From NCBI RefSeq assembly GCF_009914755.1, contig NC_060928.1: a DNA stretch of 64,000 nucleotides, one strand, 5' to 3'. This document shows positions 42,817 to 58,183 of this stretch, piece by piece. The stretch's first letter is position 1. Every line of letters starts with the position of its first letter. This DNA is from the human T2T-CHM13v2.0 reference genome, Homo sapiens. The notes under the pieces were generated by a model that saw only the letters and a program-made list of their open reading frames with translations, was not told the DNA's origin and did not search any database. The position numbers were made by a program, and so were the translations under genes.

Positions 42817-44439
42817 TTATAACAAGGATTTTGTTGCTGGACTTCCTTGTTTGATGTATGATATGTGCTCTTCTGCTTGTATGTTGGCAAGAAAATATAA
42901 CAGGCTTCATCAGCTTATGGTAATCTTTATTTCTCAAGTCCTTCCTACAAAGCATTTGGGTTTTGTTTTGTGTGAAAATTGGGAAATGCAGACAGTCATC
43001 CAATCAATAATGAATATTTTCTTTTCTATTACTAATGTGCACCTCACTGCCTTTTGTCTGTGTGTTTTTGAACAATAACATTTAGTTACTTGAAGACATT
43101 AAATAGCAATTAAACTCAACATACGTGGTTCCAACAATGCTTATAACTCAAAGAGACAATATAAACAGCTATAACTGAGTTCGTGCATGAGCGGGCAATG
43201 ACAACTATAAATATATCATGACTAGTGTTTGACCAACAGCCACTTGAGAACCAGGCAAATTTCATAGTAGCTAAAATATTAAAAAAGTGCACCTTAGAAT
43301 TGTAAAGTATATTGTTGTTTGATTAGTATAATTTTCCTTGACTGTAAGAGAGGTGTCTATTTAAATATGTACCTCTGTAGTTACATAAAAGAAGGGCTCA
43401 ACAAGTATTTGCTTAATGGAGTACAGGTTACCAGGCATATTACAGTGGGGATTTTCTGATATTATCTACAGTAGAAGATTGCTAAATTACTTTCCAAACC
43501 TAGGATTATTTCATCCCAAAGCAATTAAAAAGGCAAGATGGGGGGAGTAGTAGGGAATCTGACTGAGTCATGCCCTGAAATACAACTAAAAGACCACTTT
43601 AAATAAGGAATTACAGAGACAACAAAGCTGGCTGTCTCTGTGGCTGAGGAATGGTTTGCAGTTCCCAGGTGTCATGCTCGGTGTGAGAACGCAAATAAAC
43701 CTGTCCAGGCTCTCCCAGGTGTGCTATTGGGAATCATGTCATTTCCACAGCTTCTCTGTGGAGCACCTCAATGCCAGTATCCCTTCCCTACCCAACCAAA
43801 CCAAAGGCTAGGGCTTCCCAGAGCAAGGGTAGGCTGATGTCCTTTGGAAGAGCTGAGCACCCACTCTCTCTGGTCTAGGTGTCTGCCTGTGGGATATTTT
43901 TACTTTTCACTGTGGCTGATTTTATTCTTTTCACAGGATCATCATCCTACATTAGTTTTAACTAGCCAATGCAATGCTTCCCTCCTCTCAACGTTTTCTC
44001 CTAATCTAAATGTGTCATAAGAAAGAGAGCAATTTACTACTCTCCATGGGCTGAGAGTAGGTACACATAAATTTGGGAAGCTCATTATAACTCACAGCTG
44101 TCAGTCCACAAAAAAAAAAAAAAACCTTCCACACACATGCACAAAAAAATAAAAAATTCAAACCAGCAAGGACTTTGTCTTTATTATTCTGCATTATATA
44201 AAACAGGTCACTAACAAGCGAGCAGTTGTATTTCCATATCTGTAAAATCAAGATCTCACTAATCTTTAAGTATTGCTTTTATCATATCACTCATCTGGGC
44301 AGAAATAAGCAATGGTTGCCTTTTGCCTAAATGACAGAAATCTAAATTCCTCATCATGGCACTACCATAACATATTCTGTCCTCTCAATACAAACTGGTT
44401 CTCTCTCACGTCTGCAGCCTTGTCTCATCAATCCCTTTG

Positions 44440-44679
44440 GAGAAATGGTTGGAATGGTTATGGGCTTGAGCTTTGATATTTACATAACTGATTTGAATCT
44501 TGGCTTTTCTTTCCTTAAGTGCATAATTTTTGGGTAAGTAACTAAGCTCCAATGAACATCAGAGTTCTCATCTCTAAAACAGAAATAAGACATCTATTCA
44601 TTGGTTTATTGTGTGATATATTTAATCACCGAGCACATTAGCTGAAACATAGTAGGTTTATATAAATGGTAGCTATTAT
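44440..44679 (+). mobile_element. MIR SINE
   Basis: …gatttgaatcttggct…gggtaagtaactaagctc…ttctcatctctaaaac…ataaatggtagctattatt. Confidence 0.65.
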
Positions 44680-44681
44680 TA

Positions 44682-44914
44682 CAGGTCAATTATCTCTTAT
44701 CTGAAATGCTTGGGAACAGAAGTGTTTTGTATTTTGGATTTTTTGGGTTTTAGAATATTTATCTACTGAAAAGTTATCCATCCCTAATCCAAAAATCTAA
44801 AATCTTAAATATTCCAATGAGCATTTCCTTGGAGTGTCATGTTGGTACTCAAAAAGTTTCAGAATTTGGAGCCTTTTGGAATTCTCAAATTTTCAGATTA
44901 GGGATGCTCCCCTG
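44682..44914. mobile_element. Tigger4a/MER46 (Zombi) MITE
   Basis: TA|CAGGT…tatctcttatctgaaatgcttggg … gattagggatgctcccCTG|TA: terminal inverted repeats with TA target duplication. Confidence 0.85.
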
Positions 44915-45287
44915 TATAACAAAAGCATTCCACTCTGCACTCTTATTTGTCTGAAATCTAATTAGGCTTGCTCTACTATTCATTGTATACTGATATAATA
45001 CATGAGTATTTTACATATGGTTACATACAAGGTCACAGATGTAAACTTATGACTATGATACTACATATGCATAAGGTTACATTTGTAACTTTTCATTGTT
45101 AATAATTTTATAATATGACAAATATATGAAATTGAAGTGATATAAATAATGTCAAAATATTATGAAAACCTAACATGTGAAAAACACTTTTTAAGAAAAC
45201 ATTCACATATACTATTTTCCTTAATCCTCAAATAAAACAGTAAACAATCCAAGTATTTTAATTTATGTAAACAGTTTAAGGAAACTA

Positions 45288-45592
<305 letters not shown>

Positions 45593-47324
45593 GGACAACC
45601 CATTAAAGGTATTTTGGCTGACCAGTGATAGGGTCAAGCCCAGGATTCTTTTAACTCCTACTAATGTTCATACAAATTTATGCAGACATTCAGAAGACAA
45701 AGACAGCCTTTCTGTGTCCTCTAAGTACCCAGATTATGCCTTGCATCTGTACATTGTGGGAGCTCACAAATACTTTATTCGACCCCTAAAAGAATATGAC
45801 AGATGTGGAAACAGTGCTTTGGGTATATGCCAGGAAAGAGTGAACATGAACAGAGTCCTGATAAATTTACAAAGTGGAATGGATCTTCTACCCAAAGTGA
45901 CTTTTGAGGGTTTTTTTTGTGTTTTTTTTTTTTTTTTTTTTTGTCGTTGTTGCTGTTTGTTGGGTTTGCTTGTGTGCTTTTGTCCTGTAACTACTCAATA
46001 AATAACACAAAAGATAAAAGGCTTTGAGAACCTTAACTCTTTTTTCTATTGGCTTGGGGTGTAAATCCACTGCAACAACTATTACTACTTGAAAAGATAT
46101 GCTAGAGTAAATAGAACAATACAGTTAAATTCACCTGAAGTCTTTAAAATCTTTTTTTTTTCCGGGTATTTTTAAGCCATGTGGCAAAAAGGCATTACCA
46201 TACAATTTTAGCTGTTGGTAACAAATTATCTCTTTTACATTGCTTTCCCAACTAATTCTGCATAGCACTTTCATATTTTACTAGAATAGTATTATGACTA
46301 GAAGTGAATGATTAGCATAAAAATTCTCTAAACTATTAATGAATAATTTACATAGCAATTTTTAAAAGGTAATTCATAATTGTCCAAACATCACTCTCAG
46401 TTTCCTAAAGGAGATTACTTGTGAAAACACTCATTTGTCAGTTTTAAAGTGGAACTCATCCTATATTTCTCTTTGCAATTTACTCTTCAAATTAAACTAG
46501 ATTTTAGTGTATATCCATGCTGAGTTCTGAGTGCAGAATTCAGCACTAATGACTTAATAATATTATCATTTTCAAGATACTGGCCTTTCAAGACACAGAT
46601 CTCAGCAGCCCAGTGCATGCCCTATGCAAACACTGGGCCCTGTAATGACAGGGAAGTGCTGGGAGATTTGATCAGCTCTCCTCAGCAGCACTTAGAAGAT
46701 TAGTCATGCAATATTAGGCCTTGAGGACACTTTCTTTTCCCCTCTTCTTTCCTTTATCAGTATTATCTTCTCTGGGTAAGATGCATTACCTATGTGATTC
46801 AGAATAAGATGAAAAATTGGGCCCTAATATGTTTATATTTTTACTTAAGAAGAAGAAACTCAAAGTCCTTTTTTTGAAGTCATTTTTGGCAAAAGTCAAA
46901 TGTATCTGTGACCAAGTTATAAACATTGTGTTATGGACAAAGAGAAATGATATTAGAATTATCATGCAGAATGACTGCAGGTGTCAAAAGCATTCCCAAT
47001 ATGTGTACACAGTAACAGAATTATGATTCTGTCTCTCCATCCACAGACACTCATTTCTTTGAGTCACATGATTGAATTTAACAGAAACAATATTATCTGT
47101 TTTTAGTATTCTACCCACATAAAGTAAATTAGTGGGGATTTGAGCTTAAATTATCTATGAGATACTTTTCACTAGTAGTACATTTCATAGAATACTGAAT
47201 CATTTTGATTACTTGCTCATGAGTCAAAAAAGAGGCTAAAACATAATGGAGACAGAAATAATACTTAAAATCTAAAGATACCATAAAACCAATGTTTTAT
47301 TTCTCTGCTCAAAACCCTGCAGTG

Positions 47325-47612
47325 GGCCACACATGGTGGCTCCCAGTACCTTGGGAGGCCGAGGTGGGTGGATCACTTGAGGTCAGGAGTTCGAGATCAG
47401 CCTGACCAAAATGGTGAAACCCCGCCTCTACTAAAAATACAAAAATTAGCTGGGCGTGGTGGCTCATGCCTGTAATCACAGCTACTTGACACGCTGAGGC
47501 AGGAGAATTGCTTGAACCCAGGAGGTGGAGGTTGCAGTGAGTCCAGATCACGCCACTGCATGCCAACTTGGGCAAAAGAGAGAGACACTATCTCAAAAAA
47601 ACAAACAAAAAA
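47325..47612 (+). mobile_element. Alu (AluS-like) inserted into L2
   Basis: TSD core CCCTGCAGTG at 47315-47324 and 47614-47623. Confidence 0.93.
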
Positions 47613-47623
47613 CCCCTGCAGTG

Positions 47624-48095
47624 TCATATTTGAATTGTGTTATGGCCCCCACTCCTTCTCTAACCACAGCTTCCCTCTCTCCTAGTCATTAATTTTGCTT
47701 CGGCCACAGTGGTCATGCTCTCCTAAAAATACCAGGCCAATTCTTACCTCACGTCCTTTGCACTTCCTTTACCTACAGAATTATTCCCCTTAAACATGTC
47801 CTCTGCTCTCCTCTTTATTTATTGAGTACCCTACTGAAGAGTTATTTCCTCAGAAAGGTCTTCCCTGATCCCCATCTCTTGTATTTCCTACCTGACACTT
47901 TCTATCTCTTCTTTAATATTCTTTCACAGCACTTGTTACAACCTCACTTATTTTGTATTCTTTAAATTTACCAGTTTCTTTGTCTCTCCCTACTAGAACA
48001 CAGCTTCCCAAGAACGGAGACTGTTCACTCCTGCATCCTGACTTATTAATCAGTGACTGCCTCAAAAAGTTTCTTAATTGAGTGAACGAATGAAT
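47624..48095 (+). mobile_element. L2 LINE 3' region
   Basis: …cctttgcacttcctt…cctcagaaaggtcttccctgatc…tgtctctccctactagaa…gagtgaacgaatgaatg. Confidence 0.7.
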
Positions 48096-48801
48096 GTATA
48101 GGATGGGTGATACAAAGGCTGAACTTACACTTATAACACAAAGTGGTAAATATAATCTCAGATTCCACTTAGTTGCGGTACAATAAAACTTAACATTAGC
48201 ATGTCAATGGAGGATGATAGGAAAAGGCACTCCAATCGTCAAGCATTTCACACCATTTAGAGGAGGAAACAAGGTAAAAAAAAAAAAAAAAGAAGAAGTT
48301 ATTGTGGTCTACCACAAATTATCTGTTTGGATAAAAATAATACATAATACAATTAAAGACACCAACCAAAAATTAGCATGGAAGCAAAGTATACTAGAAA
48401 CGGTAGACTTTGCCTTCCTGAATAGCATTTTAATTATCTGTACAGAAGTAAGCATTTTATAAATACTAAATTGGACTTCCTGTAAATCTCATCCCCAGGA
48501 GCTTGAGGAAATAGGATAACTATTTGTCTATACCTGACTTTGACATACAAGGAAGAGCTGCTTAGTGAATCAGAAAAGATAAGAAAATCGTGATATCGGC
48601 AGAGTAGTGGAGACAGTGAGAAAGAGGAAAGCTAAATACAGCCCAAAGCTACATTATAGACTTTCAGAATGAATAGCAACAACAATAATGATAATATCTA
48701 TCAATCACTGAGTGTCAATTATGGGACCAACACTATACAATGCACCCTACATGCATAACCTCCTTTAACCCTCACAACCTACTCCACCCACCCGCCCCAG
48801 C

Positions 48802-48927
48802 TTTTTTGTAGACACAGGGTTTTACTATGTTGTCCAGGCTGGATTCAAACTTTCAGGCTCAAGCGATCCTCCCACCTCAGCCTCCTGAGTAGCTGGGACC
48901 TAGAGGTGTGAGCCACTGAGCCTGGCT
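48802..48927 (-). mobile_element. FLAM/Alu monomer
   Basis: ttttttgtagacacagggtttt…ctcaagcgatcctcccacctcagcc…gagccactgagcctggc. Confidence 0.85.
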
Positions 48928-49299
48928 TCCCTTCTTTTCTTAAAACAAAGTAAACCTTTAAAAACAACTGTCATAATTAATTCAGGTAAGAAAATAGACA
49001 CTGGAAACAAACTTGGTAAACATCTTGTAGAATCCATTTTTCCACAGCAAGGCAGCTGGGGATTCCATCATTTTACAGTATTTTTGCTAATATTTAATGA
49101 TCAGGGAGGCAACAATACTCAAGTGAGGAGTGGCATTTTCTGGAACTGGACTGTGCAAGGCCTCTTTGGCTATATACCTTAATCCCTGTGCTGATCTCAC
49201 TCTACTTTTTGCCATGTCTCTGGTCAGTTCTCTTTCCCAGCCACCCTTTCAGGAGGTTTCTATACCATCTCCAGGTTTCTCCTTAGCCTTCACTTTCAG

Positions 49300-50960
49300 C
49301 ACATAGTTTAATTTCTACCACACAAGTAAGAGAGAAAGTGGGCTGGGATCCACATTCTCTGTTTTCTGGTTCTCTACTTCCTATGTCACGTCACCCTTTC
49401 TATCTTCATACTTTTTCTTTCCTTATGGTCTCAGAAGGTCTTTATTCCTACCTAAAGCTAATCAGTCTGCTAGTATTCTCATGACTATTTTCTCAAGGAT
49501 CACACTCCATCATCAATTATTTACTCCCTTTCTTCTATTTCTAACTTCTTTTCAAATGGTTTCTTTCCCTTTGCCTATAAACACTTGAATGTCTTCCATG
49601 GTCATAAAGTTTTCCCTTGTCTCTCTCATTCTCTGTTGCTACTGTCATATAGCTCCTCAGTCAAGCTACCTGAAAGACTAGTCCACCCTGAGTATCTTCC
49701 TTTTCCTCACTCTCCCTAATCACTCTTGATTCACTATAATCATAATGGCCTTGTCCCAGGCCATTCTATTCCATTTCTATGGACATATTGCACCAGTTAC
49801 TTCCTAACTGTCAAACCCAGCAGGTATTCTTGAGTCCACCTCTCCTCAGGTTCCACTAGACTATTGTTCTTTCTCAATCTCTGTGGCCCCACTTCCTTTG
49901 ATTTTTCATTAATTGCAGGCATTATCCCTGGCTTTGTAATCTCATCCACTTGCATGATTTTACCACTGTCTACACAATGATAGCTCCAGAGTGGTGTCTC
50001 TAAACCAGATCTCCCAAATGAACTCCAGAGAAATTACAAACAGCTGTTACAACTGGGTGGTTTCATTTAGGTGTCACATAAAATGCTCATATTCAGCCGA
50101 TTTAAAATGAATCCATTGCCTTCTTGCCCAAACTTGTGCCTACATACACATCCTGTCTTGGATGATGGCATCACCATCTATCAAGTCACATAAACCAGTC
50201 ACATAAACCAGGGAACTGAAAATCATTCTAGATTTCTCTTTCCACTCATCACCCTCCTTCTTTAGACCCCAAATCTTAAATATTTATTAAAATCCTATCA
50301 TCTTTACCACCACTGCTGTTGCCACTATGTCTGTCTTGGTTCAAGCGCTGTCTGGACCATTACATGAAGTTTAGATGGAATTTCTGCCTTCAGCCTTGCT
50401 CCCTCCAGCACTAACTTCAGATTCATGTCCAAGTGAATAAAACATAATAGTAACATATACCACATAGGATCAAGTCTTTTCCTTACTAAATACCCTTTGG
50501 AATATACGTATATACTAAAAGCTTAAAGTACTTATCCTTAGCATAGGGGACTTTCCTTGACAAACTCTCCAATCTCTCTCCTGGCACATTCCCTCAGCTG
50601 GAAAATAGTATTGCAAATATATCAAGCTAAAACATCCCTCTGCTCCTTAGGACACATTTGAATGCCTAGAATGCTCTTTCCCTAGCCCCTTTTGGTCTCG
50701 GTAAGCTGCTATTTGTCCTTCAAAATCTTTATCAGAAGTTACTGCCTTTTGATCTGTACCCACAAAGTTATTCACTTTGAAGTCTGTTATTCCCTGCAAA
50801 TTGTTCTTGCTTTACACATGCATCATAATTTTTATAATAGACTGATTTCAGTCTGTCTCCCCTAGGAGACTATGATACCACTAAGGGCAGATATTACATT
50901 TATTAACCCTGTGACTCTAGATCCTATAAATATAAATGATCAACAAACATTTCTGAGCTA
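49300..50960 (+). mobile_element. Degraded L2 LINE
   Basis: CT-rich L2-like sequence (ctctaaaccagatctc…aactccaga, catcaccatcta, tgtctcccctaggagactatga); boundaries approximate. Confidence 0.55.
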
Positions 50961-51387
50961 AATAGAAGAATGATATTCTATTTAGTCCACTTCAATCTAC
51001 TGTTAGATATTCCCTGAGGTTCATGGTAAAGAAAACCTATTTCATATTTTATTTCCTATGCCACAATCTCTGAACAATGCAAATTTTATGCAAGGTTTTG
51101 TGCTTTAGGCAGTGCTTTTGTAAATTATTTGATCACTAATCAAGCTTAGAAATATATTTTACATCATAAGCCATTATAAACATATATGAATACAAATACA
51201 AAAATTAGAAATACTTCCCTTTGATTGGTATAGTAAACTCGTATTTTCTTTCCTAGTCTAGTTCTTGGCATTAAATAAAAAAATACTAGATTGACACAAT
51301 AACCTGCTTTCATTTCTCATGGACTGTGATGTACACATTTTGGAAAACACTGCTCTATATATAATGTTTTCAGGAAAAAAAATCTTA

Positions 51388-51930
51388 AAAGGAAACTTTG
51401 TCTGCTGTTGGTGAGAATGTAAATTAGTACAACCACTATGGAGAACACTTTGGAAGTTCCCCAAAAAACTAAAAATAGAGTTACCATATGATCTAACAAT
51501 CCCATTGTTGGGTATATGCCAAAAAGAAAGGAAATCAGTATATACAAGAGATATCTGTACTCTCATGTTTATTGCAGCACTGTTTACAATAGCCAAACCT
51601 AAGTGTCCATCAACAGATGAATGGATAAAGAAAACATGGTACATATACATAAGGGAGTGCTATTTAGCCATAAAAAAGAATGAGATCCTGTTATTTGCAA
51701 CAACATGGATGGAAATGGAGGGCAGGATGTTAAGTGAAATAAGCCAGGCACAGAAAAACAAATATCACATATTCTCACTTATTTGTGGAAGCTAAAAATT
51801 AAAACATTTAAACTCATGAAGACAGAGAGTAGAATGATGGTTACCAGAGGCTAAGAAGGGTAGTTGGGGGTAAGGAAAAAGTGGGAATGGCTAATGGTTA
51901 CAAAAAATAATTAGAAAGAATAATTAATTA
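51388..51930 (+). mobile_element. L1MA-like 3' fragment (end of ORF2 plus 3' UTR)
   Basis: ORF 51505..51795 (ICTLMFIAALFTIAK…TTWMEME) is L1 ORF2 C-terminus; followed by gagtagaatgatggttaccagaggct. Confidence 0.88.
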
Positions 51931-52620
51931 TTTCTTACCCAACAATAATTACATGTTACTGGAAAGCACTCAGAATTTAACTAAAATGTAAGAAAATCCA
52001 TGTAAATAGTGGGAAAAATATAGAATATTTAAAAAGAAATAACATCACTGAAGTTGACACATGGCTGTAAACTATTTCTAAAAATTAAAGATTCTGGCTT
52101 TAATGAATACAAAAGCATTTTGTTCATAACCTATGAGCTTAAAATCATAAAAATATTATGTTAAAAGCTAATCTTGTCCCTTTGAACTACGTTTCACATT
52201 TTATTTAGTTCAAAAAACCATTGATTCACAGATATTTTCAAAGTAAACTTCAGCCTGGTCCAGATCTAAGTATGAGAAATCGAAATTTAGAATAGTTTAA
52301 GTTTATGAAGTTTTTCTCTATTCATGCTGCAAGTTGGAATATTCTCACCTATGCTTATGTGTTTTCTGTAATTGAGTCTCTGCTACTCTAAAAAGTCCCT
52401 AAAAGCCTGAAATCCATATTCTCTGCTTTATCCAAAAACACCTCAAAGAACAATACAGATTAGGTAGGAGCTTTGCAGTAAAGCCACCATTTACCAAGTA
52501 TTTCTGTGTGTCAGGCAACAGGGTAATGGATGTGCTAGATAATTCATATGTCATTCATAATTCTTGCAACAATCCTGAAAGTCAGTGTTATCCTATGTTT
52601 ATAAAGGATGAACTAATTAA

Positions 52621-52965
<345 letters not shown>

Positions 52966-53024
52966 AAGAACCACATTTTATTGTATATTTACTATCTACC
53001 AGGCACTGTTCTTGACATACAGTA

Positions 53025-53208
53025 CAGATTGAATATCCCTTATCCAAAATGCTTGGGACCAGAAGTTTTTTAGATTTCAGATTTGGAATATCTGCATTAT
53101 ACTTATTGGTTCAGCAGCCCTAAGCATTTCCTTTGAGCATCATGTCAGTGCTCAAAAAGTTTCAAATTCTGTAGCATTTCAAGCTCTGGATTAGGGATGC
53201 TTAAACTG
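53025..53208. mobile_element. Tigger4a/MER46 MITE, internally deleted, nested in a MIR
   Basis: TA|CAGATTGAATATCCCTTATCC … GGATTAGGGATGCTTAAACTG|TA inverted termini. Confidence 0.85.
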
Positions 53209-53210
53209 TA

Positions 53211-53375
53211 TCTCATTTAATTTGTATAACATTCCTCTGAGATAGGTACTGTTTTTATCCTCATTTTTCAAATTAGAAGAGAAAAGCAGATAAAGGTTAA
53301 AATTTGCTACAGATCACATAGCTAATAAGTAGCAGAGCTGGGGCTTGAACCCAGATTTGTCCCGAAGTCTAGGCT
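53211..53375 (-). mobile_element. MIR SINE
   Basis: gataggtactgtttttatcctcattttt…gatcacatagctaataagtagcagagctggggcttgaaccc. Confidence 0.75.
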
Positions 53376-53934
53376 ATTCCCATTAGACTCTGTTGTTAAA
53401 GGCAATACAGTGAATTGTCAAAAATTGATAAAATGATGGATTTAGAGTTCAAAGTTTTTCTTTTATGGCCAATAATTTCCCACTTGTTCTTTAGAGCATG
53501 CCATTAAATTCTGGCTTAATTTCCTTTATACTTTTTACTGTAAAAGGTTGCCATGTTGTTCAATTATTTAAAATAAATTAGAAGACTCAGTATTTTTCAA
53601 AAATGTCATGAATGAGAGTTTGCTGGCTTGCTGTCATGTATGATCAAAGAATTGAAAAGGATGCCTTTTATCTGAGAATATCAAAGGGTACTAACTAAAA
53701 AAAGACACAGAGTTCCTATTACAGTGAAGAGAAAAAGCTGAGCCCATTGAAATATTATACAAGAATGTTGGCATACAGGTAATTCACAGATATTATTACC
53801 TTTGCTACTTGAAATTGAACCAATCTGGATTCTCTCCAAGAGCTATTCTTTTAAAACTGTAATGCATTCAATTCATTTGCTACAATTGCTAATTTTTTCC
53901 TTGTTCATCCATAGTTCATTCTCACTCTATATAA

Positions 53935-53964
53935 ACACACACACACACACCCATACCCACACAC
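53935..53964. repeat. Interrupted (CA)n
   Basis: Visible directly. Confidence 0.8.
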
Positions 53965-56039
53965 AGATTTGTAGATTCAAACCACATATCCATATACTAT
54001 ATTTTCCTCTGTGGCTAACAACAGCCTATACTGTAAAATAGCTAATATTTATCAAATTAGAAACTATAAAATTAAAGTTAACTGCATTATTTTTTCTAGC
54101 TGTCACAAGTGTCTAGTTATTATGAGGGAAATTGAGTAACTCCAAAATCTGGTCAGTTAGGTAACTGTGGCTAAGATCCACGTCTCTGTCCAAAATAGAC
54201 ACAATCAGGTAATTTCACTGGTCTAGGACATATTGTAGACAATAACAATTCCCTCTCAAAATGTTTATTTCAACTCTTTCAACCAAAATATAAGATAACA
54301 GTTTTTCCCTTAGGATACACTGAAATTATCATTATTGCTGAAATACACTAAAAGCTAAGTCTTGTCATGATATTTTGAAAAATCTGGTCTTACTGAATTA
54401 AAATGTACTTGGAAAAAAAATGTTTCCTTTGAGCTAGATATAAAGTAAAGCCAAGAAGGGTGAATATGGATTTTAAAGAATTATCTGAATATTAAATTAC
54501 ATATATGATTTAAAATAATTATATCAATTTAAGTATTCCCATTAAAATTTGTGACATTTTCTAGTTTCTCAATATCACTTTTTAACGTAGAATTATTTAA
54601 AACACTTAACTCAGTTGCCGTAGTTAGGCTGTTTATTTATTTAATGTCTTGATCATGAAAGCTAATTTATCTTTCTAAACAGGAATTTTAGATGCCATGA
54701 AAAGAAACATTACCATAATTTATTTTTTATACTTACAAATAGTGAATTTCTTAGAGATATTAATCTCTTGATATACTTTTCTTAAGGCAGAATAATTAAT
54801 TTACTTTTGTGAGCTGAATTCCCGATCGAATTAGCATATATATTTTAAAGTAACAAGAAAGAAGCTGGATTGCCACCTCTTTGGATTCCGATAGTGCTTT
54901 AAGATCCCAAGAGACCTGGTGCCTGAGCATGTCTTTTATCTCAGATGGTAAATGTACCATCAGACCCAGGAAAGGACAAGGAGTGTAAGGCTTTAGTGAA
55001 AGATAAGAGTCAAAGGTTCTCTCAAACATGTTACCATGACACCTTTTGTATGTTTGTTAAAAAGAGTAAAGCTGGCAAATCTCTCAGAATATCCTATTAT
55101 CAGATTCCAAATGAGGAAAAAAATTGTTAAAGCATAATATATTCTGATTTCTAAAGCAGTCTATCACAGAAATTGTTCTTACATTCTTTACTAGCATGCC
55201 ATATTAATGAATAAAGATAATTTTTTAAAATTTGTGTCTTGTTGAAGTTTCCTATATTTTAAAAAGTAACAAAAAGTTTATTTTCAGGAATCAGTATTTT
55301 TGAAAATGCTATTGAAAATGCTGCAATTATGTATTTGAAGCTATAATCACATGTAACATAAACTGTTAAACTCTAAAGAAGTTGCTTATGATAAAAAATA
55401 GATAAAATTGAATTTGGAATGCATAAAGCACCATCTTTCTTCACATGCATTGCAACATTAGTAACTAAAAGAAGCTACAAGTTAAACAAATTGGCTTTGC
55501 CTTCACATGCTTTATCACATAATTCTCCTAAGTGTTAGAAAACATCACTTTTAGACAAATTATCCAGGTTAACAAACCAATGTATGTATTAATCAGAAAA
55601 TAACAAAAGAAATTGGTTTCATTCTCTAGCTTATATAACCAAAAGATTAACATTTCAAATCCTGTATTAGTTCAACCCCAGGAAAAGGTGAAAGTCAAAC
55701 ATTAATCTAAGTTAAAAAATTTTGCTAGAATAAGTTTGATATCAGAACCAAAACAATGGCAATGTTTGTTTTGTCTTTGTGTTGTACACACTGCTGAAGT
55801 ATTAGGTACTAAAAATCCAACATTAAGTCTCTCAACTTAATGATTTTCTCTAACCAACAGTTGAGAACTGAGCAGTGCAAACTCAAGCCTAATATTTTAA
55901 TTCCTCAAACATTTATCAAACACTCACAAATTATTAGGTACAGTTGTTAAATTATAATTTAGACCTTAAGTGGCAGACAAAGGTAGTATCAATAGCACTC
56001 TCAAGATTTCAGCTATCTCATTAGATCATTATCCTAACA

Positions 56040-56290
56040 ATGGCTAGGTTATTGACAGTCTGCAATGAGCAAAACCACATAGTAAGGTCTTTATGTAGAT
56101 CACCTTATTTAAAACTTCACAATAATCCTACTGCCCACATACAGCTGTTATTCCATTTTAAAGATGAGTAAACTAAGGCTAGGAGAGAGAGTACAGTGGT
56201 CCCAAAGTCACAGGGCTATTCAAAGTGGAGCCAGGATTTGAAATCAAGCCATCTAACTCCATAGTCTGTGTTTTTGACTTCTGGCCTACA
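56040..56290 (-). mobile_element. MIR SINE
   Basis: ccattttaaagatgagtaaactaaggct…cccaaagtcaca…ggagccaggatttgaaatc. Confidence 0.75.
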
Positions 56291-57507
56291 CTACCCACAC
56301 TAATATTTTGAGTAGAATGATAATATACATACTTTCACCCACCCCACTATATAAAGACTGAAATAGAAGGAATAAAATAATCAGAACGTTAGAGGAAACT
56401 GAAAGATTCAGAATAGGCCCATCATTATTAAAAATCCAAATGTCAAAATACTATACTTAGTAGTTTATTCTTCCTAGGTCTTTAGGTCTGATTGTCTGAT
56501 GATTCTTCCAAATTCTGTTCTTGTACCGCTAACAGTTCTTAAGCTTTCTTTGTGCTTTGAAATTTTGAGAATTCTAGGCAGTATTGTGCAGTGTGAAGAG
56601 AGCTCTGTGTGGCAATAGAAGACATAGGTAAAACAGATCTTGCTCTTTACTAACAACACTTCTAAGTTTCACGTTTCTCATTCATTAAATGAAGCTAACA
56701 TCCTATTTGCCTCACTTTGCTAGTGAGAGAACATGTATTAAACTGCTTTGAGAATAAGCCACTTTATGTAATGATTGGTATCACTATTAGAATATAATGA
56801 TATAGACTGGTATGACAGTTGTAATCTTTTTTTATTTTCATTAACCTACTGGGACCAAAGTATTTTTTAACTGAAATGAAAACATTGCTAAATAAAGCAT
56901 TATGTATGATACACAGTATAGAATAGTTAATAAAGCTGTATAGAAGCAAAATAAAGTCTAAATGCTCTACAGAGCATCCTCTGATTCTACAAATTAATAT
57001 TAATCGCTTCCTCCTTGGCACTCACATAATACTTTATTTTCATCTAATTTTTGGACTCTATCACAGCATACGACATATTATTTGGGGAAACATTAGTTCA
57101 GTCTCCTAAAGTCCCAGTCCTTAGGGGACATAACCATACTTTTTCATGTGTGTCTCTTCTAGGCCCACTCTACCATGCTATAAATTACATGTAATCCACA
57201 AAGGTCTATTGAAAAGAAAAAGGTATAATCAAAATTTAAAATTAATTATAATATCTCAAAATTAAGTTCATAAGAAGACTTTAGAATCATATAACTTCAT
57301 TTTTAACATTAGCCATTAAACATTACTTTTAACATTGACAGCTTTTTATAAAGTGCTACTTCATCAATGGCACACAGACCGTGACCATGGACCTTCAGTC
57401 AAGATTTGAATATAATGGTTGAATAATCAATGTTCTGGCCAAATATTCATTTGTTTATCTGAATGAGGTTCAACAGATTCATTTCCATATAGAAATGTTT
57501 ACTCTCA

Positions 57508-58183
<676 letters not shown>

